Origin: Candidatus Woesearchaeota archaeon
GTDB lineage: Archaea > Nanobdellota > Nanobdellia > Woesearchaeales > WJKB01
Reading direction: 5' to 3'
DNA: 64,000 nt
NCBI GenBank assembly: GCA_014729345.1
Contig: WJKB01000056.1
Coordinates: 71 to 64,070, forward strand
The notes beneath the pieces were generated by a model. That model had not been told where the DNA came from. It made no database searches and saw nothing but the letters and a program-made list of their open reading frames with translations. The position numbers were made by a program, and so were the translations under genes. Of this stretch, positions 39,101-48,019 are shown in pieces; position 1 is the stretch's first letter; every line of letters starts with the position of its first letter.

Positions 39101-42100
39101 CACTTTGTCGATATTCATGGCCTGCAGTCTTTCAGACGCTATCTGTTCTTCTGTCTTCTGCTTCATCTGCTGTCCGTACAGCTGGGCTTTTGCGTCTTTA
39201 GCATAATTTTCCTGGTGCCTCTGCTCAATTGCTTCGAAATCAGTCACACCTTCTCTTGCAGCCAGGTGCCTTGCAGTAGCTTCCACCTCAGTCCTGACTG
39301 TCTGCGCTATGGATTCCAGCCTTATCTGTTCACTGACCGATGTCTTTACTTTCTCCTCGAACATGTCCTGCCTTACCCGCTCATCCACTATCCGGGCAGT
39401 CTCTGCCTGATCATATCCGTTTGCCTGTGCAGCCTGCCTTATCTGCTCAACCTTGTCATAAAGCGTCTGTTCCACCCTCTGCTTGTATCTCTCTTCAGCC
39501 TGCTCCATGTAAGAGCCCTCTGCATCTGTAAGCCCCAGATTATGCAGGGCTTCCACAGCCTCGATCTGCTGTGCAGCGACAGTATTGCCTTCCTCAGCAG
39601 TCTGGGCTATGTCTGTAGCTATCTGCTCAGAGGACCTGAAGGACAGCTCGTCAGCCAGGGCCTGATCCTCTGCTGTGAGCTCTTCGCCTGCTGAAACCTT
39701 TTCGTCGATATCTGCCTGTCTTGCATCGATAGATTCTCTGACAGCGTCTTCTATGGTCTTTACCTGCTGCATATTGCCTTCAGAGTCTACCATGGTCTCG
39801 ACAGCTACACCTTCAGCAGCTGCGACCACAGTGTTTCCTTCTTGTCTGTACACTACTTTTTGGGCTGTGGCCTCGACCATCTCAACTCCTGCTATCTCGG
39901 ATATGAAACTTGCAAAGTCCTGCACATCTCTTCTGTTGTGCAGGGTCAATCTCTTGTAGTTGGTGTTGCCTGCCTCGTCCACAAGTGTCTGCTCGCGCTG
40001 GAAGTTGGGTGCATCCACCCCTGCTGCTGTCAAAACCTGGCCGTCGATCTCCATGCTTTGGCCTTCACTGATGCTTCTTTGGTTGGTGTTGATGAACACG
40101 ATATTTGAGGGGCCTCCTGTGTTCACTGTCTCAGCCCTGACTATGCTGTTGTCTGAACTTACCGAAGTCCTGTATCCCCTGCTTTGCAGTGACGCCTGTA
40201 TATCATCTGTCCTTATACCTTTCACCATGATCTCCTGAGAGATGACGTTGTCAGCGCTGTCAAATGTTATCACTCCGCCTCTTGACACTTCTGCTGCAGG
40301 ATTGGCGGTCCTTATCGCGTTTTCAGCTGCCTGTGTCACAGTGGTGTCCATCTTGGCTTTTGTCACATCAGAAGCATCGACTCTTGTGCTTATCCTAGAT
40401 ACGCTTGAAGCAGAGGTGTCGCCTCTTGCAAGGCCTGCTGCTATCTGTGCGCCGGTCTTTCTTATGGTGACATCCTGCTGGCTGACGTCTACTCCCTTCT
40501 CATGCAATACCACTGCTCCTGTATTGTCCCCTATCTCACTCTGGAAAGTGATGATACCGTCAGTGTCTGTGTTGAGTGTCCGAGCATTGAAGCCGGCTGT
40601 CTGCGACAGTCCTGTCTGCAGTGTCTGCATTGCCTCAGCATCCTGCATAACACCGTCAGCCACCTCAAGCTCCATGATCTTCTGTCCTCCTTCAAGTATG
40701 GCGGTGTGGGCTATGGTCTCTACAGCTATCTCGCCGACGTCAAATTTTGCATCAACATTGAGCCCGATGTTTGATAGTCCTGCTTCGCTTATGTCTGGAG
40801 TCAGGAGTACTGTATCTCCAAGGCTGCTCTGGTAAGAGAAAGCAGCGATCTCTCCTGCAGCATCCCTTATCTCCTGCCTGTTTGTCAGCTCAAGTGCTCT
40901 TTCGATGTTTTCAAGGTTGGAGGGATCCTGTCTGGCTGCTTCAAACTGGTTTTGGGAGAGCTGGCCTGTAGTTGTCACTCCTGAGGCTGTGACAAAAGTC
41001 CTGACATTGCTTCTTCCCAGGGAATTAAGGTAAGAGTTATACATCTCGCCGTGTCCTGCAATCTGCTCAAATGTGTCTGGCAGGGCTGAGAACTGTCTGG
41101 CAAGCGCCTCTCCTCCTAGCTTCTCTCCGAACTTGCCCAGGGCAGAGCCCAGCTTGTCTGCATAGAAATACTCTTCAAGGGCGATCTCGCCGACCCAATG
41201 CTCAACATTATTCCCGACAAATTTCACGACAGAATTCATTACCTTGCCTGACGGTCTGGTGCCGCCCAAAAGGCTTTTGGTGAAAGAGGAAGCATAGTTA
41301 CCCACCTTGTTGGATACAGAATACATGCCTTTTGCAGTTTTCTGTATCCCTGAGCCTACCTTTCCCACCCCTCTCACCACTGTCCCCAGGGCTTTATAGG
41401 CTCTGCCTGCATCGTCTGCATATGAGGTGGCTTTGGCTGCCGCAGAATACGCTGTTTTGATCTTTCCCATGACAGCTCCGCTCAAATGTGATATGGCCTT
41501 TGACTGGAGTTTCATCATTGCAAAAGACTGGCCGGTTGTCATCTTGTCCCCAAACCCATCCTCATACCTGTCCAGATCTTCCATCTCAAGCTTGATAGGT
41601 ACAGCGCCGTCCTCTGTCTGGAAAGTGTAGGAAGTCTCAAGCTCTATCTCATCCGAGTCCAAATCGATCCCTGAATACTCAGCTATGTCTCTGGCATGCG
41701 TCCTGGTATTCTGGACAGCGTTCTCATAAAGTTTGATCGTCGATTCAGCCCCTAGGCCAAGCCTTTCAAGTCCGTTCTCATGATAAACTCCTTCAGCATC
41801 TGTACCTCCGTATGCTATGTTCAGAGCTTTTTCTATAGCATTCTCTCCATCAGTGGTTCTGCCTTTGAGGATCTCTTCTGTAGTCACTATATTCTCCATA
41901 TCGCCGTTATATGTTGCGATCGAGAGTTCTGCCGCTTGCCTGATGCCTTCAGCTCCCTGCAAAGCATCATCATATTCTGCAAGCGAGTCCTCGATATGGT
42001 TTCCTGTGCCAAGATTGATCCCAAGAATGTCGCCCCATTCATCCCAAACTTCCCAGGCAGGTATAGCTTTTGTCACTCCCAGGCTGGTCACATCCTCCCA

Positions 42101-45100
42101 TCCATAGTCCACAAAACTTTTTATCTTGTCAAGCCCTTCATCATGGAATATCTCCTTGAGGACTGCTCCCATCACTATTTTTTTTGACTGCACATAGTTT
42201 ACGTATGCTTGGCTTCCCTCAACTGTACTGGGAGTGCTGTATACCCGCAGTGTCTCTCTTGCCTGTTCAGAAAATTCCTGGTCAGTATCCTGCGCTTCAT
42301 ACTCTGTCTCCTGGTGCTCGACATCCTTGTTCATCCATTCCTGGGCGATCTGCCGGCCTTCACTGGTCCAGTACCCTCCTTTAAGAAAATAGTCCAGGAG
42401 CATCCTGTTCTTCTCAGAAGATGTCTTGTCAGCCTTTAACTGGAATGCGTTTCTTTCATCCTTGATAGCAAGCGTCTCATCTATCATGGCCTCGACTCTT
42501 CCGCTATCCTCGAGATAATTATCATATGTATCACCCCAAAGCTCAGTGTCTGACCTTTGGATGCCAAATTTCTCAGTTAGCGCGCTGATGGTCTTGAGAT
42601 GACCGTTCATGTCCACTTTCAGGTCAATCATGTCCTTCTCAACTGCTGCAAGGTCGTATTCTTCTTCCACTATAGGATCTCCTGTAATAGTTGACCTTGC
42701 TGCGTTCCAGGCTCCGGTAACTGCATCCTGCACATTCTCTCCAAATCCTGTGGCTGCGCCTGACCATGCATCAACATATGATGAGAAAGCATACCAGGGA
42801 GCAGAAGGGTCCCTTGCCTGGATCTTCCTGTCAAGATAGTTCTGCGCCTGGACATCGCCTATCCTTGCCTTAAGGTCAGCAGCCAGGCCAGAGATACCCT
42901 GGATGGTCTGCGTGCTCAGGTCTCCCTGCTGAGCATCTATGATCTCTCTTGAGGCAAGCTCTTTTGAGTAGGCATCTGCCATTATCTTAAGGTCATTGAC
43001 CTGCTCCTTCAGCGCCTCATTGGCCCTGCCTGAGATCTCAACCACTTCAGCAGCGTCCTCTAGAAGGCCCATCACCCGCTTCCCTCGAGCAAGGAGTTCT
43101 TGATCATCTATGCTGCTGAAAGTCTGGATATACTTTTCCTCTTTCACCTGGTCCTCAAAGCCCTGCAGGGTATTTTTAAGAGACTGGATATAAGCTACAT
43201 CAAGACCCTCTTCCCTTGCCTGTCTTATCTGGATCTCAAGGTCTGACATGACCTGCTCCCTGTCAGCTTCTCCCAAAGCAGCAGCCCTTGCATCAATACC
43301 AGCCATCAGATTCGTAAGCGTACTGATATCCTGCCTTGCAGCTTGCCTGGCTGCATTGTCCCTGACTTCAAGACTGGCCTTGTCACCCACGTAACTTACA
43401 TACTCCACTGTCTCAAAGTATTCATTTTCCTCAAGCTTGTCACTATAGGCTCTTATCTTGAATTCGAGCATTGTTTTTGCCCTTTGCTGGGCCTCAAGAG
43501 GCAGCTGCCTGATAGATTCTTCCAGCTGCTCCATCTCCTCATGCGTAAGGTCCTCCTCCTTTCTTGCAAGCTGGGATATCCTCTGCAGGGTTTGGGGCAC
43601 CTGTTCGATCTGGTCTTCAAGCTCGCTTTTTTCTTTGTCAACAAGAGTCTTTATGCTCTCATCCTCTGTTTTGACCCTGTCCAGCACATTGATTGCATCC
43701 TCCAAGCGTCCCAGGTTTGTATAAGCGGTCGTCAGGGCGTTCTGGACAGCAAAATTGTCCTCCTTGCCTTGAGCATATTCCTCAAGCGATTCAGTGTTTC
43801 CGGTCCTTAGCAGCAGGTTTGCATAATATGACTGCACACCATCGATATCACTGGAATCCTCATCTTTCGCAAGCTGCTCAAGCTTACCGTAGTCTTCAGC
43901 CTCAAGATAGGCTCTTGCCAGATTGGTAGCCAGCTTCTCGTACTCCTCGCTTGAAGAGTCAGCTTCCCGCAGTTCTGTCTCAAACCTCTCAATCATCTCA
44001 GAATAGGTTCCTTCACCCCTTGCTTGCTGGAAATCTGCTTCTGTCTCAACATTTGCGATCAGAGCCTGCGCATAATCTCTTTGCTGAACAGTCGTCGCCA
44101 GCTCTTTAGCCTTTGAAAAAAACCCTTCAGCTTTCTCGTAATCTGTATCCTCCCTGCTGAGCTCTGCAAGGCCCACCATGATATTCTGCTGTGCGTCCAG
44201 GAAACCGACCATCTCTTCAGAAACCTCTCCATATACTCCCTGCCTGGCTGCCTCAAGTGTGCTGGAAAGGATTCTTGAGGCCTCCTCATAATCTTCTGCC
44301 TGCTGCTGGATGTTCGCAAGCTCTGAATTGGCCTGTGCCCTTATATCACCTGGAGCTGCCTCTTCATCTGCTAATGCGGCAAGCTGCTCCTTTCTACTTT
44401 CAACATCCTCTTCCTGCTTGATGGCGCTGAGCTTAGCGCTGTAAAACTCAAGATTGATCCTGTCAGCCTCTTCTGACCTGCCCTCCTCGTTAAGTTGATC
44501 TATGGCAGCCTGGTAGGCATCAAACATTTCCTGTTTCTGCTCATCATCAAGGGAATCCTGGGCCTGCAATATCCTTGCCAGGTTCACTTTAGAGTCAGCG
44601 CTGCCGACAGCATCCACATAATCTTTTGCTGTCTGCAGGGCTTCTGTTTCTGCTCCCTGCTGCATATGCGCGCTTGTAAGTATCTTCCAGGCATCCTCCC
44701 TCTTTGCATCCAGTCCTAACACATACTCAGCAGCCCTTTCTGCTCCTGCTGCATCCTCCATCTGCAGCCTTGCTGAGGCTTTCTGGAGCGACAGCTGTGT
44801 GGTCTTTTCAAAATAATCATTCAGGGAATCAAACCCTGCCTGCTCCAGGTCATAGCCAGCTCCTCTGACCTTTTCTGCAAGCGCCCTTTCAGCAGCTTCT
44901 GAATACACTGTGGCCAGCTCAGCATTTCCGAGCTGGGAATATATGCTGCTCACAGCTGCATAGACATCTGGATTGGTGGTGTCTATGTCAAGATAGCTCT
45001 GGTATTTCTCCAGGGCTTCAAGGATATCACCCTGACTCCGCAACTCCTCCGCATCCTTAAGCAGTTGTGCATTTTCAAAGATCTCCACCAGCTGCTCCTT

Positions 45101-48019
45101 GAGTCCGCTGCTTACCTGGCCTGCAAGGCCGTACCTATATTGACTCAGGAGAATGTCCAAAAGATCCTCATCAAGCCTCTGGCCCTCTGCAGCCTGTATC
45201 AGAAGGTTTCCGAGCAGGTCGATATTGTCCTTACTGACACCCATATCCTTTATCTGCTGTACAGCTTGGTCGTAATCTCCCTGAGCTGCATAGAACTGCG
45301 CCTTTGCCCCGGCTATCTGTCCCTTTTCAAGTTGGTCTCCATATTCCTGCTCCATCTGGTCAAGTTTCTGTATAGCCTGGTCATACTCCCCTTCCGAGGC
45401 ATAGCTGTTAGCGATCTGAAAGTCAAGATATATGCTGAAAGCGGGCATTTCCTCTTTTAGGGCTTCATACTGCTCTCTTGCACCTTCATAGTTACCCTGA
45501 AGCTCGAGTTCAGCTGCTTTGAACATGCTTTCGATAAGCTGTTGCTTTACACCTGCATCAGAGAGGTAGTTCCTGTAATCTTCAAGCGTCCTTATCTCCC
45601 CAAGCTCAAGCTCTTTCCCTGTCATCTTTTCAAGGACTTCCTCAAAGCCTTCCAGCCTTTCGCTCACCTTTGCAAAGACCGCAGCATCCTGCGCTATATC
45701 AAGCATCTTTTCTCCGCCAAGCCAGCCTTCCTTGACATTTCCAAAGGTTCCTTCTTTTGCGAAAACCGCTGCCATGTATCCGAGAGAGCCTTCATTCAGC
45801 TGGAAATAGTTCAGCTTGTTGTCCCTTGATACAGGGGTGAGCCTGATCTCTCCTGCTGCCAGCCCTACCCCTTTTCGAAGCGTAGAGCCTTCAGCAGACA
45901 GGAAGATGATATCTTCCTGCTGGGTGAACCTGAAATTGACGTCAAGGCCGTCTTCTGTCTTCATGCTTAACAGGGCAAGCTCTCTCTGAGCCTCGTCTGG
46001 TCCAGGACCTTCTGCAGTGCTGTAGACTATGAACTCATCAGTAGCCATCGCTGTTCCTGTTGTGTCCTGTATATAGTTGATGTAATCATAGATACCTTCT
46101 GCATGCCTTCCCTTGATCACTGCCTCTTCATTGGAATACGTGAACTGTCCTTTTCCTATCATGTATCCTATGTCAAATTCCTGATCTTCAAACTTCCTTT
46201 CTGAGATTGAACTCCATGCCAGGTTTTCTGAAGCATCATCAAGCGATAGATCGTCTGTATCCCCAAAAGCGTCTGTCACTCTGGCCTGTGCATCTCCTAT
46301 AAGGTCATCCACACTCTGGTCCAGGAACTCCATGGCTTTTTGGATGCTAATATCTTTCTCAATCACTTCCTCATCTTCCAGAAGCTGGATAGTTATGGTC
46401 TCACCTACCCTGGCATTCTTGTCTCCCTCTGCATCTATAAGCTTCTGCTGCAGGCCCTTCAGCTGGGTCAGGTAAGCGTTAAGGTCATGCGCCTCTGCTT
46501 TCAGTGTCTCCTGCACAAAAAGCACCATGCCTCCGCTTCCTTCTGTTCCGAGGAACTTCTCTGTTGACAGCACTGTACCGTCAGGCTGATACCTTGTGAT
46601 CTCAGCATTTCCTTCCTCACTTAGCCAGATCATGTCTGTCTGGACATCGCCTGTGATAGGGCTCCTCTCGAATGTTATGCCCTTGAATGAATCCGCCTTG
46701 ATACTGTTTCCGGTTCCCATCTCTGTGTATTCAAGGTGCGCTTGGTCTCCAAGTATCCTGCTTATGCTTCCGTCATCATCGAACTCAAACTGGATGCTGC
46801 CTTGTGCCTGGCCTCCTGTTATCTTTATCCCGAGAGTGTTTTCCCAGCCTGGCCTGGACCTGATCGAGGCATAGTTCTCGACCTTGAAACCTACCTGGTT
46901 GCCCTGCTCATCCCTGACAAAAGAGACTGTTGTGGTGTCGTCATGCGCAGTCACCTCTATGCCGTTGTTGAAGAACACAGCCCCTGATGATGTCAAGGCT
47001 ATGATATTCCCCTGCTCATCCCTGGCAAACTCTATCTGGCCTTGCGCCAGCTGCAGACTCTCGCCCCCAGGTCCGTTGATGTTGAAGTTTGCCTGGTCGC
47101 CCACCAGCTCGATGGTGATCGTCTCTATCTCACCGTTGATTATAAGGTTCTCCAGGTCTTCTTCCCTGAGCACCACAAAGCCGTTCTCAGCGTCAGGAAA
47201 CTCTTCAGAAGGGCCTACTGCCCCTATAAAGATGATGTCCTCCACCCCTTCGCCTTTGAGAGACAGGCTCCCGCCCTCCGGGTTGGTAAGTTCTCCTGTA
47301 TTCGTGTCAAGACTGACTCCAGGAGCAGCTGTTATGGTAAGTCCTTGGTTGTATGAAACTTTAGGTTTCTGGGTGTCCATCCACCCTTTCAGCCCATCAT
47401 TCAGCGCAGTCGGGCTCAGTCTGCTGAGGTCAGGTATATTATCAAGATTGGCTGCGACCTGATCGCCGGTAAGCCCCTGCCACTGCTCATCTGTCAGCTG
47501 CTGCGACATTGCTGTCCCTGCGTCAGTCTCTGAACCCAGGATATATCCGACCTGCTCACTGCTCAGCCTGCCCATGGTCTTCCCGTCCATGCCTGAGATC
47601 GCGGATCCCAGCTTGTCTCCTTGAAGTTCAGAAAAGTCTATGTCCTGGAGCTGTCCCTGGTTGAGGTCGTTGAACCTGGAGCTCAGGGATGCAAGCTCTC
47701 CTTCAGACATCCCACCTATGTTATTGTTGAGCTGCGCTATCCCATCTTCTGTGACGGTGATCTGATCCCAGTTATTTGCCACGTTGCTGCCTGTCCACTC
47801 AAAATCACCGCTGTAATCTGGGTTGAAGTTTGACGAGTAGAAATCCTGCTGGCTTATGCCTCCTTCCGTGTCTGTCCAGGTTGGGTATTCCACGACCTCC
47901 TGAGCCGCAGCTTGCGGGCTTATGCCTGTTGTCATGAAGAGGAATATCACAAGGACAGCGCATACCCTGCGCAGTACATGCCATCTTTTGCTTTTTCCCT
48001 TTTCAGCAACGCTTCTCAT
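33116..48019 (-). CDS. Giant 4967-aa secreted multidomain protein (TPR array, zincin-like motif, HD-GYP, degenerate GGDEF-like, SelO/kinase-like C-terminus)
   Basis: Uninterrupted 14.9-kb ORF; Sec signal ending QAAA/QE; TPR motifs; AVHDLGK, VHP, HH..GYP, SAVD..A...ERYY; VQGDDVYII; LKGIGTP. Confidence 0.92.
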   Translation of the reverse strand: MRSVAEKGKSKRWHVLRRVCAVLVIFLFMTTGISPQAAAQEVVEYPTWTDTEGGISQQDFYSSNFNPDYSGDFEWTGSNVANNWDQITVTEDGIAQLNNNIGGMSEGELASLSSRFNDLNQGQLQDIDFSELQGDKLGSAISGMDGKTMGRLSSEQVGYILGSETDAGTAMSQQLTDEQWQGLTGDQVAANLDNIPDLSRLSPTALNDGLKGWMDTQKPKVSYNQGLTITAAPGVSLDTNTGELTNPEGGSLSLKGEGVEDIIFIGAVGPSEEFPDAENGFVVLREEDLENLIINGEIETITIELVGDQANFNINGPGGESLQLAQGQIEFARDEQGNIIALTSSGAVFFNNGIEVTAHDDTTTVSFVRDEQGNQVGFKVENYASIRSRPGWENTLGIKITGGQAQGSIQFEFDDDGSISRILGDQAHLEYTEMGTGNSIKADSFKGITFERSPITGDVQTDMIWLSEEGNAEITRYQPDGTVLSTEKFLGTEGSGGMVLFVQETLKAEAHDLNAYLTQLKGLQQKLIDAEGDKNARVGETITIQLLEDEEVIEKDISIQKAMEFLDQSVDDLIGDAQARVTDAFGDTDDLSLDDASENLAWSSISERKFEDQEFDIGYMIGKGQFTYSNEEAVIKGRHAEGIYDYINYIQDTTGTAMATDEFIVYSTAEGPGPDEAQRELALLSMKTEDGLDVNFRFTQQEDIIFLSAEGSTLRKGVGLAAGEIRLTPVSRDNKLNYFQLNEGSLGYMAAVFAKEGTFGNVKEGWLGGEKMLDIAQDAAVFAKVSERLEGFEEVLEKMTGKELELGEIRTLEDYRNYLSDAGVKQQLIESMFKAAELELQGNYEGAREQYEALKEEMPAFSIYLDFQIANSYASEGEYDQAIQKLDQMEQEYGDQLEKGQIAGAKAQFYAAQGDYDQAVQQIKDMGVSKDNIDLLGNLLIQAAEGQRLDEDLLDILLSQYRYGLAGQVSSGLKEQLVEIFENAQLLKDAEELRSQGDILEALEKYQSYLDIDTTNPDVYAAVSSIYSQLGNAELATVYSEAAERALAEKVRGAGYDLEQAGFDSLNDYFEKTTQLSLQKASARLQMEDAAGAERAAEYVLGLDAKREDAWKILTSAHMQQGAETEALQTAKDYVDAVGSADSKVNLARILQAQDSLDDEQKQEMFDAYQAAIDQLNEEGRSEEADRINLEFYSAKLSAIKQEEDVESRKEQLAALADEEAAPGDIRAQANSELANIQQQAEDYEEASRILSSTLEAARQGVYGEVSEEMVGFLDAQQNIMVGLAELSREDTDYEKAEGFFSKAKELATTVQQRDYAQALIANVETEADFQQARGEGTYSEMIERFETELREADSSSEEYEKLATNLARAYLEAEDYGKLEQLAKDEDSSDIDGVQSYYANLLLRTGNTESLEEYAQGKEDNFAVQNALTTAYTNLGRLEDAINVLDRVKTEDESIKTLVDKEKSELEDQIEQVPQTLQRISQLARKEEDLTHEEMEQLEESIRQLPLEAQQRAKTMLEFKIRAYSDKLEENEYFETVEYVSYVGDKASLEVRDNAARQAARQDISTLTNLMAGIDARAAALGEADREQVMSDLEIQIRQAREEGLDVAYIQSLKNTLQGFEDQVKEEKYIQTFSSIDDQELLARGKRVMGLLEDAAEVVEISGRANEALKEQVNDLKIMADAYSKELASREIIDAQQGDLSTQTIQGISGLAADLKARIGDVQAQNYLDRKIQARDPSAPWYAFSSYVDAWSGAATGFGENVQDAVTGAWNAARSTITGDPIVEEEYDLAAVEKDMIDLKVDMNGHLKTISALTEKFGIQRSDTELWGDTYDNYLEDSGRVEAMIDETLAIKDERNAFQLKADKTSSEKNRMLLDYFLKGGYWTSEGRQIAQEWMNKDVEHQETEYEAQDTDQEFSEQARETLRVYSTPSTVEGSQAYVNYVQSKKIVMGAVLKEIFHDEGLDKIKSFVDYGWEDVTSLGVTKAIPAWEVWDEWGDILGINLGTGNHIEDSLAEYDDALQGAEGIRQAAELSIATYNGDMENIVTTEEILKGRTTDGENAIEKALNIAYGGTDAEGVYHENGLERLGLGAESTIKLYENAVQNTRTHARDIAEYSGIDLDSDEIELETSYTFQTEDGAVPIKLEMEDLDRYEDGFGDKMTTGQSFAMMKLQSKAISHLSGAVMGKIKTAYSAAAKATSYADDAGRAYKALGTVVRGVGKVGSGIQKTAKGMYSVSNKVGNYASSFTKSLLGGTRPSGKVMNSVVKFVGNNVEHWVGEIALEEYFYADKLGSALGKFGEKLGGEALARQFSALPDTFEQIAGHGEMYNSYLNSLGRSNVRTFVTASGVTTTGQLSQNQFEAARQDPSNLENIERALELTNRQEIRDAAGEIAAFSYQSSLGDTVLLTPDISEAGLSNIGLNVDAKFDVGEIAVETIAHTAILEGGQKIMELEVADGVMQDAEAMQTLQTGLSQTAGFNARTLNTDTDGIITFQSEIGDNTGAVVLHEKGVDVSQQDVTIRKTGAQIAAGLARGDTSASSVSRISTRVDASDVTKAKMDTTVTQAAENAIRTANPAAEVSRGGVITFDSADNVISQEIMVKGIRTDDIQASLQSRGYRTSVSSDNSIVRAETVNTGGPSNIVFINTNQRSISEGQSMEIDGQVLTAAGVDAPNFQREQTLVDEAGNTNYKRLTLHNRRDVQDFASFISEIAGVEMVEATAQKVVYRQEGNTVVAAAEGVAVETMVDSEGNMQQVKTIEDAVRESIDARQADIDEKVSAGEELTAEDQALADELSFRSSEQIATDIAQTAEEGNTVAAQQIEAVEALHNLGLTDAEGSYMEQAEERYKQRVEQTLYDKVEQIRQAAQANGYDQAETARIVDERVRQDMFEEKVKTSVSEQIRLESIAQTVRTEVEATARHLAAREGVTDFEAIEQRHQENYAKDAKAQLYGQQMKQKTEEQIASERLQAMNIDKVVYTAGQEYGVDPDVTAAAYAEAISSGEIRAEFMRLMEIEQQGRTDETIAMESIYLQAVQNLMDQQLLQAARDTATPEQMVRSLQSRNDDVSRASAAQLLETASQSSQDAYDAAAALAAGYEAYGGDINALRNIESTALELARSNPNEVIGAFVSAIESEQYGEAAKFLMARQIAAVPSVNRVMAYSDRLKNIYYSQGGPTADMLATPLSNLAEMGLIDFEITAPASPLEIQTPTGTYILAGLSTESDIFVDPSPQTVDAVRDAFPELQGQPDIMVRSFIFMHERHEQLLLRTQDLTDMAVDAAQMTADETMEDAREELANEFAMAALGLRGPSARMRALETNIENRLSEAGDEIGMLDKQEAAEGLTVEEEAYREELLSEQESLESLFAGYSNVNTGEVRYLEQDQEGVWTVTDAWIINAEALFESAGMGVFQVNLAADQQMQEIRALAQESRPLQVQIIGEVEIPIERLEREAFGAPSTVDGITYDEEYESQRIAWGVQLTGELRDMLPEDSLTQNQIAALEALATHNPSPTMVHTLMSMRNLEAAAAVAGQLGLSDDDMDLLRRAMAVHDLGKLEWPAQNLETIFSSDAKAAAVDELRARGLTEEQIEQSGITGVGMTENFFQDYMTVHPTNTERALLYLMARDNPDMPADLIAEIDALYVDEQGNTVQMYDAQGRLDTGVHEDVQARIDAIYAQIASRTDISAEVRDQATVAALAASHHVHMGVEPGQEYRGYPRTPGELPALLEGKEDLIQVMSAVDTITAISGGERYYYTDESSVENAILRLAQNRNNERSEEFLKRLLGEQYYDDVRRASEVNDEAARAYISAHESGFGQALDAQREIIELQYGPVITNNLVQRKRLTDQQPDSALKELSLERIDIILEERFSTLLDTIMDPGMDRDMKTAAARQYLQLLRADSDVADQFAALLYRQENIGIDVRELLGEGIIVEELALEKQVRGEIGLRFQDMPGIRDALTVDMVRENTAEEIYLAVQEQVPEGMEQQVRTDIIGLKASAVQAVESPFGEIIALSTEAEVIAGMSAQEAESYFNSLVGLGKNHRAALLYERLQGIPEAADLVDNAEIMGMVGLNPAQRFVERGLTHEKNRIIDEALPQYAATTRSALEETRFAGREFQDTFNEIYLLMQQDVENGVAAEIQRLAEQQAQQRGITRPTMPQEGSIAYERRLAAYEQALQEYESAIQDLAEEIRQEQGEQLAVETELSLGSSAAKAAMDIMQNIQSRSQQLESISSPSVTVLNAPGIEADAAAAIAGRAAEITGVADLQVFVQGDDVYIINSYQSDVRQDSFVRAVKNGLQDMVDVPVTAVTDIDSRLAPPADGAETVRQAQRAAYALEIQAETERGLIAQLSEVEEMVEAEEPAVEEEPAAEPVVPEVSMETRIRENLNNILDAQALDEQQRERIMEQSEISKRDIYNKRNPGLAAVTRFRQAEAGRLTEDQFRVHLWKIAGTEERYDAAMAIVEDMRQGNIPGQTEAERNDEFREQMAEALPISRVARADHQYKEFAVVAGLYTASEKLGSREKLEQVRSLVRQRQQGQITEEEYQDGIAEIKSEGEDRNPDEVGMPVPIAGDVWDRNFNDLSKDEIEVLFGLEYTGNDIPVFAQGGREFHVKQPTTIVVNKQTGEVDEIFFEHLTESAIEYDPSTHKVQYGYRIGLKGIGTPNFQGYYYDGQTRVSAPEYTFKTGIGFEHEYQEISTTSIGMTDYRYDIEAQQNEEDLVAKGHPALARSFAFTRLDQAGNGVTFRIFLVDSSERSDVVDYAASLEDISSIREQFGPAYQTITAFSNAGALIGSHIQAGLAYRPEYRIGKDVDPLMRETDPGEPYRVQSQGAERDREMTQNVVARLYNHMNKVYMAYNNNQHLLTEKGLESPEFQSMLLALFDGNQEYVDKVIQELRASERMVRIPGVQPAMMDISQTRAYYDSFEEVDFVHASFVLRDFASQIIYNNYKLFEQQQQVIPEYEALMPESTGRVEACT

